57,723 nt of DNA from an uncultured Planctomycetia bacterium (GTDB lineage Bacteria > Omnitrophota > Gorgyraeia > Tantalellales > Tantalellaceae): contig CAZMEZ010000001.1 in the NCBI GenBank assembly GCA_964565425.1, positions 1 through 57,723 on the forward strand, read 5' to 3'. This document shows positions 16,215-26,242 of the stretch, piece after piece. Position 1 is the first letter of the stretch. Each line of letters opens with the position of its first letter. The notes under the pieces were generated by a model. The model did not search any database. It was not told the origin of the DNA and saw only the letters and a program-made list of their open reading frames with translations. The position numbers were made by a program, and so were the translations under genes.

Positions 16215-17141
16215 TTACGCCGCAAAGACTTTTACGCATTCTTCTATGGTAGCGAAATGTATGTCCACTGTATCCGCGCGGTCGACCGCATACCCTCCGG
16301 CCAGCGTCACGGCAATAGACACGCCGAAATTACGCGCCTGGGTGTAAATAAAATTATCCCTTTCCCTTAGCCCTTTCTTCGACAGGGCCAGCTTGCCAAG
16401 CTGGTCTTCCTTATAAGGATCGGCTCCGGCAACGTATAAGATAAAATCCGGCTTAAAAGTGTTTATGATCTTGGGGACCTTATCGTAAAGGTGCTCAAGA
16501 TAACGTTTGTCCCCGGTATAATCAGGAAGCCCTATGTCCATGTCGCTTTTCGGCTTGTGGAAGGGGTAGTTGCTTTCCTGATGTATCGAAAAAGTGAACA
16601 CGGAAGCGTCATCACGGAAAGCATAAGCGGTCCCGTTGCCCTGATGAAGATCACAATCGACCACCAGTGCCTTCTTTATGACGCCTTCGTTCTGCAGCAC
16701 CCTTACGCTGACAGCCACGTCATTGAGGACGCAAAAACCCTCCCCGTGATCCGGGAACGCGTGATGGAACCCGCCGCCCAGATGGATAGCCGCGCGGTCT
16801 TCGAGCGCCCTGCACGACGCCGTCAGCGTGCCGCCGCAACAGATAAAAGACGCTTCGACCAGGCTTTCCGAGAACGGCACTTCCATTGCATATATCTCCT
16901 CGCCGCTCAAGGTCCCGGTCCGCAACTTCCTGACGTATTCCTTTGTATGCACGGTCAGGACCTCGTCGTCGGTAGCGACTTTGGGCGTCACGACCTCGAA
17001 CCTTCCATCCAAAGAACTGTCCGAATCCAAGCGTTTTTTCAATATCTTGTACTTTGAGGTAGGGAACACATGATCCCCTATGTCAACGTAATACGTTTCA
17101 GAATATATGATCGGTATTTTGGCCTGTTTAACAGACAACAT
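16215..17141 (-). CDS. Histone deacetylase family (acetoin utilisation / acetylpolyamine amidohydrolase-like) protein
   Basis: 308 aa: GGGFHHAFPDHGEGFCVLNDVAV, DCDLHQGNGT, GADPY. Confidence 0.85.
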   Translation of the reverse strand: MLSVKQAKIPIIYSETYYVDIGDHVFPTSKYKILKKRLDSDSSLDGRFEVVTPKVATDDEVLTVHTKEYVRKLRTGTLSGEEIYAMEVPFSESLVEASFICCGGTLTASCRALEDRAAIHLGGGFHHAFPDHGEGFCVLNDVAVSVRVLQNEGVIKKALVVDCDLHQGNGTAYAFRDDASVFTFSIHQESNYPFHKPKSDMDIGLPDYTGDKRYLEHLYDKVPKIINTFKPDFILYVAGADPYKEDQLGKLALSKKGLRERDNFIYTQARNFGVSIAVTLAGGYAVDRADTVDIHFATIEECVKVFAA

Positions 17142-17199
17142 CGCAAGTTACCAATGCCCGTATAACTGTTAGCTTCTTTAATGACCGGCGCGCCCGGCG

Positions 17200-17523
17200 T
17201 TAAGTCAATTCGTTTATGAAGGACTCTACCGCCTTTTTCATTATCTGCCAGTCTTCATTTGAGTGTATGCCGAATTTCTGCTTCCTCTTCCAGCTGTCGT
17301 CTTTCTTCTGCCACAGATAAAAGCAGATCTGCTTTTTCGCGTAACTTTCCAGCAAGACGACCGCGGCCCACCATCCAAACTTCTTGTTGACGGTCCGATA
17401 CTTAAGAACCCTTAGCGGCGCCTTTATCGGAAGCCTTTCTTCTCCTTCCGGAGTCTCTTCTATCGGCAGCGCCCGGGTCTTTTCCTGTTGGATATCGGGA
17501 CCCTTTACATTTTCCTCGTTCAT
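17200..17523 (-). CDS. Hypothetical protein (107 aa)
   Basis: An ORF with ATG start, 10 nt downstream of the preceding gene. I recognise no family. Confidence 0.5.
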   Translation of the reverse strand: MNEENVKGPDIQQEKTRALPIEETPEGEERLPIKAPLRVLKYRTVNKKFGWWAAVVLLESYAKKQICFYLWQKKDDSWKRKQKFGIHSNEDWQIMKKAVESFINELT

Positions 17524-17533
17524 GCCTTCCCCC

Positions 17534-17737
17534 TTAATCGGTTAACTTTACTATCGAACTGGACGACGTGCCCTCCAGGAACACGTGACCTTCCCTGGCA
17601 AGCCATCCGATGCTCATCAGCACCAGATCCCTGTCCTTTTGCAGATCGCCGATAAGCTCCCCCATACTGGCTTTCCTGTCGTGATGTTCGAGATAATCCC
17701 ATATCTCGCCGGCTGCCAACCCTATCTGGGTTATCAT
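17534..17737 (-). CDS. Small winged-helix protein (DUF2582-like)
   Basis: 67 aa: GEIWDYLEHH...MSIGWLAREGHV resembles the DUF2582 wHTH family. The overlapping 17520-17744 ORF in another frame is rejected. Confidence 0.6.
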   Translation of the reverse strand: MITQIGLAAGEIWDYLEHHDRKASMGELIGDLQKDRDLVLMSIGWLAREGHVFLEGTSSSSIVKLTD

Positions 17738-17757
17738 ATCCCACCTCCTTTCCGTGA

Positions 17758-18012
17758 TCAGACTTTTATCGAAAAACCCTCTTTTTTGCCCCTCTGGTTA
17801 TAACTGCCGCACCTGGGACACCTTGATATCTCATCATGCCTGCTGTCTATATAAGTGCAGGAACAAATATTGCAATGCCAGATATGTTTCTCGTCGGAAG
17901 AGAATGTCTTCATCTTTGTCCCGAAATCGACGAAAAACCACATTATGAGCAAAAGCACGGCCGTAAAGAGCAGGTAAATAAAAAGCGCCATGGATATATC
18001 AAGCTTTACCAT
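17758..18012 (-). CDS. Membrane-anchored zinc-ribbon protein
   Basis: 84 aa. One N-terminal TM helix (ALFIYLLFTAVLLLIMWFFV), then CNIC...17 aa...CPRC. The start abuts the stop of the TonB-like gene. Confidence 0.55.
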   Translation of the reverse strand: MVKLDISMALFIYLLFTAVLLLIMWFFVDFGTKMKTFSSDEKHIWHCNICSCTYIDSRHDEISRCPRCGSYNQRGKKEGFSIKV

Positions 18013-18708
18013 TTATTCGCGTCCCGTGTTCAATATGACTTCCACTTCCTGCCACTCATCCTCTCCGGCGATCCCTTTTCTCGGCTCGAATATCCAGCCC
18101 TTGACGAATTTCGAAGCCGTCATGTCCAGCTGAGGATGCCCCGTTGTCGTCAAAGGTTCCGCGCGCTTAACGTCGCCGTCTTTTCCTATCAAGACATTCA
18201 GCCGGACCTTGAACGACGCCTCATCCCCGTATCGGCTCCGCATTATCAAGGGAGCCTCGGGCTTATAAACGACTGCCCTTGTCCTGGGGGAAGTTTTGTC
18301 CATTCCGTCCCATCCCCTGAAAACGGGACTTTTCCCTGCAAGATCAAGCTTTATTCCCGGTACGGTCTTCGCCCCGGTAAGATACCCGATAACGAACGTA
18401 TCCATATTGCTTTCGAGCCGGTCCGGGAACTCCGGCACGGCCGGCTTCCTTTTAGTGATAACCACATCAAGGTAACTGTCATGCGCGTCAAGCGGCGAAT
18501 ACTGATAAGTCGTGCTCATGAGAGGTTCCGCGTTTTCCAGCATTATATCGAACGCCGTTTTTTTCAGGATCGGACCGAGAAAATCAACACGGGTGTACGG
18601 ACCACTCCGCCTAAGGTCCTCGGGCGTTATTATCGTTACCGCGGACATCCCGAAGACATGGATCGCCATCGACACGAGCAATGCTATGCCGAGGCCTCTC
18701 CCTATCAT
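18013..18708 (-). CDS. TonB family protein (C-terminal TonB domain, no Pro-rich linker)
   Basis: An N-terminal TM helix, then the C-terminus FKVRLNVLIGKDGDVKRAEPLTTTGHPQLDMTASKFVKGWIFEP. It lies downstream of exbB-exbD. Alternative start at 18771. Confidence 0.6.
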   Translation of the reverse strand: MIGRGLGIALLVSMAIHVFGMSAVTIITPEDLRRSGPYTRVDFLGPILKKTAFDIMLENAEPLMSTTYQYSPLDAHDSYLDVVITKRKPAVPEFPDRLESNMDTFVIGYLTGAKTVPGIKLDLAGKSPVFRGWDGMDKTSPRTRAVVYKPEAPLIMRSRYGDEASFKVRLNVLIGKDGDVKRAEPLTTTGHPQLDMTASKFVKGWIFEPRKGIAGEDEWQEVEVILNTGRE

Positions 18709-18722
18709 ATCCCTTCGTTTGC

Positions 18723-19115
18723 TCACTGTGTTGTGGCTATGTTTATCTGTTTGATATTCATTTGACGGCATATATCCCAGATCTCAATGACCTTGCCCAT
18801 GTCCGCCTTTTTGTCGGACCTGATAAGAAGGGACTGGCCGTCCCGCGACGCCATCGTTATCCGCGATATCAGCTCATCCTTCTCCACCGGACGTTCGTTC
18901 ACGAGGACCTCGTTATCCTCCGTTATCGTGACGATGAGCAGCTCTTTGTGCAGGACCTCGCTGGTCACCGCCTTCGGCAGGTTGACCCTTATGCCCGGCT
19001 GGAAGATAAAGCTCGATGTAAGCATGAAAAATATGAGCAGCAGGAAGACAACATCTATCAGCGGGGTTATATCGAGCCGCCCTTTTTCCAGGGACACTCT
19101 CCTCTTAAGCTTCAT
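18723..19115 (-). CDS. exbD: Biopolymer transport protein ExbD/TolR
   Basis: 130 aa: ITPLIDVVFLLLIFFM followed by a periplasmic domain. Confidence 0.85.
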   Translation of the reverse strand: MKLKRRVSLEKGRLDITPLIDVVFLLLIFFMLTSSFIFQPGIRVNLPKAVTSEVLHKELLIVTITEDNEVLVNERPVEKDELISRITMASRDGQSLLIRSDKKADMGKVIEIWDICRQMNIKQINIATTQ

Positions 19116-19737
19116 TTTCTTCCCTCTTGGTGCCGAGAATGTTTATCACATCCGTCGCGCTTTTTTCCATTTCAAGCACGAACCCGTCGACCTTGCTTAC
19201 CAGAAAGTTATAGGCCACGTAAGTAGGTATGGCTACCGCCAGACCCGCGACCGTCGTTACAAGGGCCTCCCATATGCCCCCCGCCAGATCCCCTGGGTTG
19301 ACCGACATGAGCGCGGTAGCTTTTTGCTCAATGACCTGAAAAGAACGCACCATACCCGTAACGGTGCCCAAAAGACCCAGAAGAGGAGTGATATGCGCGA
19401 TGGTAGCGAGGGCGCTCAGGTTCTTCTCAAGGACAGGCACCTCGTGAATGCCCGCGTCCTCGATAGCCTCCTTGATCTCCGCCCGGGGACGGTCATGCTT
19501 CAGTATCCCGGCTTTAAGTATCCTCGCGATCGGCCCGGGCATCGCGTTGCATTTGTCCACGGCCTCCATGATCTTGTTCCTTTTCAGGGTTTCGGCTATG
19601 TCTTCCATGAAGTCTTCCGTATCGATCTTGTCCCGGTGCAAATGCCATAATTTCTCTATAACTACCGCCAGGGCGATTATAGAGCACATGAAAATGAGCA
19701 GCATCAAAGGTCCACCTTTAACCATAAGTTCCCACAT
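19105..19737 (-). CDS. exbB: MotA/TolQ/ExbB proton channel protein
   Basis: 210 aa with three TM segments: LATIAHITPLLGLLGTVTGMV...GGIWEALVTTVAGLAVAIP. Confidence 0.85.
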   Translation of the reverse strand: MWELMVKGGPLMLLIFMCSIIALAVVIEKLWHLHRDKIDTEDFMEDIAETLKRNKIMEAVDKCNAMPGPIARILKAGILKHDRPRAEIKEAIEDAGIHEVPVLEKNLSALATIAHITPLLGLLGTVTGMVRSFQVIEQKATALMSVNPGDLAGGIWEALVTTVAGLAVAIPTYVAYNFLVSKVDGFVLEMEKSATDVINILGTKREENEA

Positions 19738-19782
19738 ATTTTCCTCCTGAAATATTAGCGGTCTTTCCCGCGTCTCGCAATG

Positions 19783-22263
19783 CTACCGAACATACCTTCT
19801 CAATATCTCTATCTTTTCCCTGGCGAAGTCGGCCTCCTGGCCCTCTCCCTCCGAAAGTTCCCGATATATGCCGTACGCCCTTTCGTTTCTTCCGTGTTTT
19901 TCGAGGAGTTCCGCGCACTTGAGCCGCGCCCGCGTACCCCAGAATTTGCCGAGCGGATATTTGTACCACACTTTGAGGTATTCCTCGATCGCCTCCTGTT
20001 CCCTGCCCGCCTTCTCGTAACATTCGGCGATATCGAACTGGATCTGGGCGTTCACTTCCGAATTTTCCGAAGTAAGCGCGATCCTGAAATATTCGACGGC
20101 CAACGCATAGTTCTCCTGAGATTTAAGGAGCGTCCCTATACGGTTATTAGCTATGTTCGTGATACCGCTTTCGGGATACCGCTTGATAAGGTTCTTATAC
20201 CTCGTTACCGCCTTATCGTCTTCGCCTTTTTTTCTATATATATCCCCCAGCGCAAGGATCGCATGAGGCGCCCATTTGCTGTCCGAGCTCCTGCTTATTA
20301 TCCGCTGAAATTGGTCAATACTCCGGGCAACCATGTTGTCGTCATAAAGAGCCCATCCCATCCAGTACGACGCGTCATCAGAGAAAGGGCTTTCGGGATA
20401 ATTCTCTATTACCTCCGAAAAATACTTCTGGGCGTTCTTGAGATCGCCGCTATTATAGTAATACTCGCCGAACCAGAGTTTTGTCCCCGGAAGGAACCTG
20501 TTCCCGCCCGGCTCACTTGTTATCTTTCCGAATATTTCGAGGGCTTTTTTCTCCTTGCCCAGTTTATAATAGGCCCAGCCCGCGTGATACCTCGACCTTT
20601 GGACAAGCTCATCGTCGCTAGAAGACCGGGCGAGTGTTTCATATATCTCCGCGGCATCCGAATATTCTCCGTCGTTATACAGCGAATTCGCCTTCTGGAG
20701 CAAGGCATTCTCGCGCAGCTTGCTTTTCGAAAAATCTTTTATCAGAATATCGAACTGTCTGATCGAGGTCTTGTAATCGCCTTTCTGCGCGTAAAGGAGG
20801 CCGAGCTGATAATACGCCTTGTCGAGGAGGCTGGAACGGGGAAAATTCACGACCAGCGATCGAAAGGCGAGTATGGCGGCGTCATCCCTGTTCATCTTGC
20901 GGAGTATAACTCCCACTTCATACTGCGCGCTATCGGCCAGGATGCTGTCCGGGAAATCCCTGAGGACCCTGTCATAGACATCGACCGCGCGCTCGTTCTC
21001 TCCCTGCCCCTGTAATATGTCCCCTATACTGCTTAAGGCGCTTACCACAAGGTCCTCGTTGTCCGAGAGTTCGACCGTCCTGTCAAATTCACTAAGAGCT
21101 TCGTTCTCCTTCCTGAGCCCTAAATACACCCAGGCAAGGTTGTAATGCATCTCATCGGAAAACTCCCCGTTGGGGAATTTTTCCAGGCCGGCGCCATAAA
21201 CACCGGCAGCGCCCCGCAGGTCACCGTTTTTGTATAATGCCTCCCCCAGCCAGTAATACGCGTTATCCGTCCATTCGTTCTCGGGGACCTCTTCGATTAT
21301 CTCCCGGTAAACAGATACCGCCCGGGCCCTGTTATCCGCCTCCCCGGAGCCGGATTCGGCCCTTTGAAGATTGATCTTGGCTATCCCCATCAAGGCCGCG
21401 CTTCGTGTCGCGGGATCATTGCTGCCCGCCGCCTTTTCGAACCACGATTCGCCCTCGTCAAGATCCCCCAGTTGCTGGTAAGACCGCGCGAGCTTATATT
21501 GCGCTATCGGCTTCCATAGCTCGCGTTCTCCTCCTCTCAGCGCTTTTTCAAGAGCCGTCACGGCATCACGGTATTCGCCCGACTTGTAATAACTATCGCC
21601 GAGTATATAATAGGCGTCGAACATCCGTTCGCTGACCGGATATTTTTGCACGAAGGCGCCCAGTTCCGACACCGCTTCCCGGTACCTGCCGGTCTTATAA
21701 AACACCTCGGCTATCTTGTATCTCGCCTTCACCGCGAGTCCGGTTTCGGGATACAGCTCCACCACCTCATTGAAGGATTCGATCGCCGCGGCGTATTCCT
21801 CCAGTTTTTCATAACACCATGCCTGGGAATAACGCGAATACATTACGTACTCGCTGGCCGGATAGGATTTTATGACGGAATGATAGTAGGTCAGGGCCTG
21901 CTCGAAATCCTCTTCCTTGAAATAAACTTCGGCTATCCAGTAGGTCGCCCGAGCCGCCAGATCGATATCCCTGTACCTCTCGAGAACGATATTGAATTCG
22001 GTAAGGGCCTTTACGGGGGTATTTTTTTCGTAATAGACCCTCCCCAGAAGAAGATGGGCTTCCGCTTCTGTCTCCTTGGACGCGCCCATGATGAGCAATG
22101 AATGCAGTTTGCCCTCGGCCAGATCGTAAAAACCGTCCCGCATGGCCTTACGCGCGAAATCCAGTTCAGACCTGAAAGATTCCTCCGCGGCATAAGAGCA
22201 GCATCCCAAAGAAGCACCTAACAGTATTATTATTGAGATAGATAAAATTTTTGTTTTAGGCAT
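19783..22263 (-). CDS. Large tetratricopeptide-repeat lipoprotein (826 aa)
   Basis: Lipobox-like LLGASLGCC, then more than 15 TPR-like units (A..Y.lg..Y...g.y..A). It heads the exbB-exbD-tonB-like string. Confidence 0.8.
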   Translation of the reverse strand: MPKTKILSISIIILLGASLGCCSYAAEESFRSELDFARKAMRDGFYDLAEGKLHSLLIMGASKETEAEAHLLLGRVYYEKNTPVKALTEFNIVLERYRDIDLAARATYWIAEVYFKEEDFEQALTYYHSVIKSYPASEYVMYSRYSQAWCYEKLEEYAAAIESFNEVVELYPETGLAVKARYKIAEVFYKTGRYREAVSELGAFVQKYPVSERMFDAYYILGDSYYKSGEYRDAVTALEKALRGGERELWKPIAQYKLARSYQQLGDLDEGESWFEKAAGSNDPATRSAALMGIAKINLQRAESGSGEADNRARAVSVYREIIEEVPENEWTDNAYYWLGEALYKNGDLRGAAGVYGAGLEKFPNGEFSDEMHYNLAWVYLGLRKENEALSEFDRTVELSDNEDLVVSALSSIGDILQGQGENERAVDVYDRVLRDFPDSILADSAQYEVGVILRKMNRDDAAILAFRSLVVNFPRSSLLDKAYYQLGLLYAQKGDYKTSIRQFDILIKDFSKSKLRENALLQKANSLYNDGEYSDAAEIYETLARSSSDDELVQRSRYHAGWAYYKLGKEKKALEIFGKITSEPGGNRFLPGTKLWFGEYYYNSGDLKNAQKYFSEVIENYPESPFSDDASYWMGWALYDDNMVARSIDQFQRIISRSSDSKWAPHAILALGDIYRKKGEDDKAVTRYKNLIKRYPESGITNIANNRIGTLLKSQENYALAVEYFRIALTSENSEVNAQIQFDIAECYEKAGREQEAIEEYLKVWYKYPLGKFWGTRARLKCAELLEKHGRNERAYGIYRELSEGEGQEADFAREKIEILRRYVR

Positions 22264-22320
22264 TTTATACGCTAATTGTGGGCTAAAGTGGGTTCTTTCT
22301 ATAATACTAACAGATTAACT

Positions 22321-25137
22321 TTACCGCTTCAAGATATTTTTAAGGTATGCTCCGGTATGCGAGTGTTTGTGCCCGGCCAGTTCCTCGGGGGTCCCGCAAG
22401 CGACAAGTTCGCCGCCTTCATCCCCGCCGCCCGGACCCAGGTCTATGATATGGTCTGCCGACTTTATCACGTCAAGGTTGTGCTCTATCACCAGCACCGT
22501 ATTCCCGGCCGAAACCAGGGTATGCAGAACATCCAAAAGTTTATGTATATCCGCAAAATGAAGACCCGTCGTGGGCTCATCCAGTATATAAAGGGTATTT
22601 CCCGTGGCTGTCTTCGAGAGTTCCGTGGAAAGTTTGATCCTCTGGGCCTCCCCTCCGGACAGCGTGGTAGCCTGCTGCCCCAGACGTATATATCCTAACC
22701 CGACATCGTACAGGGTCTTCATCTTGTTCTTTATCGCCGGTATGTTCTCGAACAGCTTAAGGGCATCCTCGACGCTCAGGTCGAGCACGTCGGATATATT
22801 ATGCCCCTTATATAGTATTTCCAGGGTCTGGTCGTTGAACCTTTTGCCGCCGCATACCTGGCATTTGACGTAAACGTCAGGCAGAAAATGCATCTCGATC
22901 TTTTTCACGCCGTCACCCTGGCAGGCCTCGCAGCGCCCGCCCTTAACGTTGAAACTGAACCTGCCGGGCTTATACCCGCGCATGCGTGATTCCGGCAATG
23001 AACTGAAAAGTTTGCGTATCGGATCAAAGGCCCCCGTATACGTGGTTGGGTTCGACCTCGGGGTCCTGCCTATGGGGGACTGGTCGATCACGATAACCTT
23101 GTCGATAAGCTGAACGCCGTTTATGCGCTTATGTTTCCCGGGTTTCTCCTTGCTCCGGTAGAATTTCTTGGCCAGCGCCCTGTAAAGTATCTCGTCAACG
23201 AGGGTGCTCTTCCCCGAGCCCGAGACACCCGTCACGCAGTTGAACAGGCCCAATGGTATTTTTACGTCTATATCCTTGAGATTATGCTCGGCCGCCCCCA
23301 CGATCACCAGGCAATTTGGATCTTCGTATCTCCTGCGTTCTTTCGGCACCTCTATTTTGAGCTCTCCCCTGAGGTACTTCCCGGTAAGGGAACGTTCGCT
23401 CTTCAATATGTCCTCGATCGAGCCCTGCGCGACCACCTTTCCCCCGTGCTCGCCCGCCCCCGGTCCGAGGTCTATCACGTGGTCCGCCATCCGTATGGTG
23501 GCCTCGTCATGCTCGACCACGACCAGCGTGTTCCCCAGGTCCCTCAGGGCGCACAACGTATCCAGCAGTTTTTTATTATCCCTCTGATGTAGGCCTATGC
23601 TGGGCTCGTCCAGCACATATAAGACGCCTACCAGGCCAGCCCCTATCTGCGTGGCGAGCCGTATGCGCTGGTCCTCGCCGCCCGAAAGCGTGCTCGTCTT
23701 CCTGTCGAGCGTAAGATAATCGAGCCCCACGTTCACCATGAAATCCAGGCGCGCCTGTATCTCCTTCAGGGCCTCTTCGGCTATCTTTTTCTCCGTCGGA
23801 CCGAGTTCAAGCCCGGCGAAATATTTCTTCGCCTCTGTTATGGACATCCCGGCCACGTCGGCTATATTCTTACCGTCGATTAAAACGTTCAAGGATTCGG
23901 CCCGCAGCCGCTGGCCCTTGCAGTCAGGGCACGGCTGGACCGACATGAAGCCGCTTATCATCTCTTTTATGAAATCGCTTTCCGAATACTGGAACCGCCT
24001 CTCGAGGTTGGGTATAACGCCTTCGAACCCGGATCCATCGTCGCCGTAGAGCACCATGCTCTTCTGCCGGGCCGTGAGCTTCTCGAACGGCATTTCATAG
24101 TCGAAACCGTGGACCCGCGCGAGCCGCCTGATCCGCCTGCGGTAATGGAGGACTATGCCCTTGCCGCCTCTCTTCCAGGGCACTACCGCCTTCAAAAGCG
24201 TTTCGGCCTTATCCGGCACAATGAGCTCCGGGTCTATCTCCATTTTATTGCCCAGCCCGTTGCACGCGGGGCAAGCCCCATAGGGGCTGTTAAAAGAGAA
24301 ATTCCTCGGGGCAAGTTTCTCGAAACTTATACCGCATTCGATGCAGGCGTTCTGTTCGCTGAAAAGGACGTCCTTTCGCAATCCCTTTTGTTTTTCATCC
24401 GCGGGCGCTATGATCATGACGCCCGCCCCCAGCTTGAGGGCCGTCTCCACCGAATCGGAAAGACGCGTCCTCTTGTCCTTCTTTATCTCCAGCCGGTCGA
24501 CCACAGCCTCTATCGTGTGCTTGACCTTTTTGTTGAGCCGGGGAACACTGTCGCCGATATCGGTTATTTTCCCGTCAAGGCGGATCCTTATAAGGCCTTC
24601 TTTCCTGGCTCCCTTCATCACCTCGACGTGCTCGCCCTTTCTGCCGCGGATGAGGGGGGCAAGGACCATGATCTTCGTCCCTTCCGGGTACGACATGATA
24701 CGGTCCACTATCTGCTGGGAGCTCTGGCCCGAGATCACCTTGCCGCACCCGGGGCAATGCTGCACCCCTATCCTCGCGAAAAGCACCCTGAGGTAATCGT
24801 ATATCTCCGTCTGCGTTCCCACGGTTGAACGGGGATTCCTGCCGCCCGCCCTCTGCTCGATGCTGATCGTCGGGGACAGGCCCTCGATGTAATCCACGCT
24901 CGGCTTCTGGAGCTGCTCGATGAATTGCCTGGCATAACTTGAAAGGGATTCCACATACCGCCGCTGCCCTTCCGCGTACAGCGTGTCAAAGGCGAGGGAA
25001 GACTTTCCCGATCCCGAAAGCCCGGTAACAACGCACATCTTATCCCTCGGGATACGGACATCGACGTCCTTAAGGTTGTGCTCCTTAGCGCCTTTAATAT
25101 AAATATACTCTTTGCGCATAGGACATAATTGTATCAT
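22321..25137 (-). CDS. uvrA: Excinuclease ABC subunit A
   Basis: 938 aa with two ABC modules ([23 protein letters not shown]), LSGGE signatures and zinc-finger CxxC pairs. An alternative ATG at 25119 would give the more usual N-terminus. Confidence 0.95.
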   Translation of the reverse strand: MIQLCPMRKEYIYIKGAKEHNLKDVDVRIPRDKMCVVTGLSGSGKSSLAFDTLYAEGQRRYVESLSSYARQFIEQLQKPSVDYIEGLSPTISIEQRAGGRNPRSTVGTQTEIYDYLRVLFARIGVQHCPGCGKVISGQSSQQIVDRIMSYPEGTKIMVLAPLIRGRKGEHVEVMKGARKEGLIRIRLDGKITDIGDSVPRLNKKVKHTIEAVVDRLEIKKDKRTRLSDSVETALKLGAGVMIIAPADEKQKGLRKDVLFSEQNACIECGISFEKLAPRNFSFNSPYGACPACNGLGNKMEIDPELIVPDKAETLLKAVVPWKRGGKGIVLHYRRRIRRLARVHGFDYEMPFEKLTARQKSMVLYGDDGSGFEGVIPNLERRFQYSESDFIKEMISGFMSVQPCPDCKGQRLRAESLNVLIDGKNIADVAGMSITEAKKYFAGLELGPTEKKIAEEALKEIQARLDFMVNVGLDYLTLDRKTSTLSGGEDQRIRLATQIGAGLVGVLYVLDEPSIGLHQRDNKKLLDTLCALRDLGNTLVVVEHDEATIRMADHVIDLGPGAGEHGGKVVAQGSIEDILKSERSLTGKYLRGELKIEVPKERRRYEDPNCLVIVGAAEHNLKDIDVKIPLGLFNCVTGVSGSGKSTLVDEILYRALAKKFYRSKEKPGKHKRINGVQLIDKVIVIDQSPIGRTPRSNPTTYTGAFDPIRKLFSSLPESRMRGYKPGRFSFNVKGGRCEACQGDGVKKIEMHFLPDVYVKCQVCGGKRFNDQTLEILYKGHNISDVLDLSVEDALKLFENIPAIKNKMKTLYDVGLGYIRLGQQATTLSGGEAQRIKLSTELSKTATGNTLYILDEPTTGLHFADIHKLLDVLHTLVSAGNTVLVIEHNLDVIKSADHIIDLGPGGGDEGGELVACGTPEELAGHKHSHTGAYLKNILKR

Positions 25138-25192
25138 AAGGTACCGGCCGGAACAAGTAAGGCCGGATTTTTCATCTTATTAAAAATTCCAT

Positions 25193-25221
25193 TTGATAAT
25201 ATATGAAATGTGGGGTATAGT
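25193..25221 (+). promoter_or_regulatory. Candidate sigma70-type promoter of the XRE-cupin / RR / HK operon
   Basis: TTGATA (25193-25198), 17-nt spacer, TATAGT (25216-25221). It lies just outside the duplicated segment. Confidence 0.5.
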
Positions 25222-25238
25222 ATATTCAGCGGTCAGCA

Positions 25239-25742
25239 CTCAGCGTCCAGCGGTCACACGTATGCGCCGGCGGCATGACGCGATGATTCTCAGCGGTCAA
25301 AGCGCACAAAAGCTTTTTCTCCTGTACGCTGAATGCTGAATTGCTCTTGTGAACGCCGGACGCCGAACGCTGTACGCTGAATTTGAAAGGAGATGAGATG
25401 AAGATAGGAAAAATGATAAGGAAGCTGAGAAAAGAAAAAGACATGACGCTGGAGGAACTCCCCGAAAAGAGCGAGGTCGCCCTCGCCACTCTCAGCGTCC
25501 AGCGGTCACACGTATGCGCCGGCGGCATGACGCGATGATTCTCAGCGGTCAAAGCGCACAAAAGCTTTTTCTCCTGTACGCTGAATGCTGAATTGCTCTT
25601 GTGAACGCCGGACGCCGAACGCTGTACGCTGAATTTGAAAGGAGATGAGATGAAGATAGGAAAAATGATAAGGAAGCTGAGAAAAGAAAAGGACATGACG
25701 CTGGAGGAACTCTCCGAAAAGAGCGGGGTCGCCCTCGCCACT
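25239..25742 (+). repeat. Tandem duplication, 2 x 252 bp, bounded by CTCAGC microhomology
   Basis: 25239-25490 and 25491-25742 differ at only 3 positions (25439/25691 plus two in the CCCGAAAAGAGCGAG versus TCCGAAAAGAGCGGG stretch). CTCAGC is found at 25239, 25491 and 25743. Confidence 0.95.
25398..25538 (+). pseudogene. Truncated duplicate of the XRE-cupin regulator 5' end (46 codons, out of register after codon 33)
   Basis: MKIGKMIRKLRKEKDMTLEELPEKSEVALATLS matches the first 33 residues of the full gene at 31 of 33 positions, the exceptions being P22/S22 and E26/G26. It then reads into the duplicated leader and stops at TGA 25536-25538. It keeps its own AAAGGAG RBS. Confidence 0.7.
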
Positions 25743-26201
25743 CTCAGCCGCATGGAGAACGGAAAGATGACCGGGACACTGGATTCGCACAACAGGATAT
25801 GCAGGGCCCTGAACGTTTCGATAGCCGCGCTTTACAGGGAGATAGAAGATGAATCCAAGACGGTCGAGGCCGTTCCCAGAAAAAAACGGACGGAACACTT
25901 CATCCACGCCAGAAAAGCGAAATACGAACTCCTCGTCACAAAGGCCATGGACAAGAAACTCATGCCGCTCATGATGATAATATCGCCCGGCGGCGAAACG
26001 CAAAAGGAAGAGAACAAGTCCGGCGTGGAAAAATTCGTTTACCTCATGTCGGGATCTATCGAAGCGATCATCGGCGGGGAAAAACATTCTCTCAAGCGCG
26101 GCGATAGTCTTTATTTCGACGCCTCCCTCCCCCATTCGTTCAAGAACTCGGGCAAGACCGAGGCTGAAGCGATATGTATCGTATCGCCGCCGGCGTTATA
26201 G
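25650..26201 (+). CDS. XRE-family HTH regulator with C-terminal cupin domain
   Basis: The N-terminus IRKLRKEKDMTLEELSEKSGVALATLSRMENG is an HTH_3 motif. The C-terminus has cupin_2 signatures (GGETQKEENKSGVEKFVYLMSGSI...GDSLYFDASLPHSFKN). ATG 25650 is preceded by AAAGGAG; the track start at 25635 is a TTG. Confidence 0.85.
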   Translation: MKIGKMIRKLRKEKDMTLEELSEKSGVALATLSRMENGKMTGTLDSHNRICRALNVSIAALYREIEDESKTVEAVPRKKRTEHFIHARKAKYELLVTKAMDKKLMPLMMIISPGGETQKEENKSGVEKFVYLMSGSIEAIIGGEKHSLKRGDSLYFDASLPHSFKNSGKTEAEAICIVSPPAL

Positions 26202-26229
26202 ATCGTAAATCGTGAGTCGTGAATCGTAT
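26202..26229. repeat. Degenerate heptamer array (RTCGTRN) x4
   Basis: atcgtaa atcgtga gtcgtga atcgtat, ending at the AAGGAGG RBS of the response regulator gene. Confidence 0.9.
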
Positions 26230-26242
26230 TTAAGGAGGAGAT

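Noticed and set aside
15907-16239. N-terminal 110 codons of the 253-aa ORF 15478-16239
   Set aside because: This part contains the whole tRNA-Ala gene, its terminator and its promoter, so it cannot be coding.
17520-17744. 74-aa ORF overlapping the DUF2582-like gene in another frame
   Set aside because: Its arginine/glycine-rich translation has no recognisable features. The alternative frame gives a plausible winged-helix protein with a proper ATG and proper spacing to its neighbours.
25144-25172. CCGGCC...GGCCGG hairpin followed by ATTTTTC, resembling a terminator
   Set aside because: It lies upstream of the uvrA start and upstream of the divergent XRE promoter, with no plus-strand gene to terminate. 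The stem is only 6 bp.
25226-25792. 188-aa minus-strand ORF with a striking internal protein repeat
   Set aside because: The repeat is simply the 252-bp tandem duplication read on the wrong strand. The ORF is antisense to the XRE-cupin gene, has no RBS and gives a low-complexity translation.
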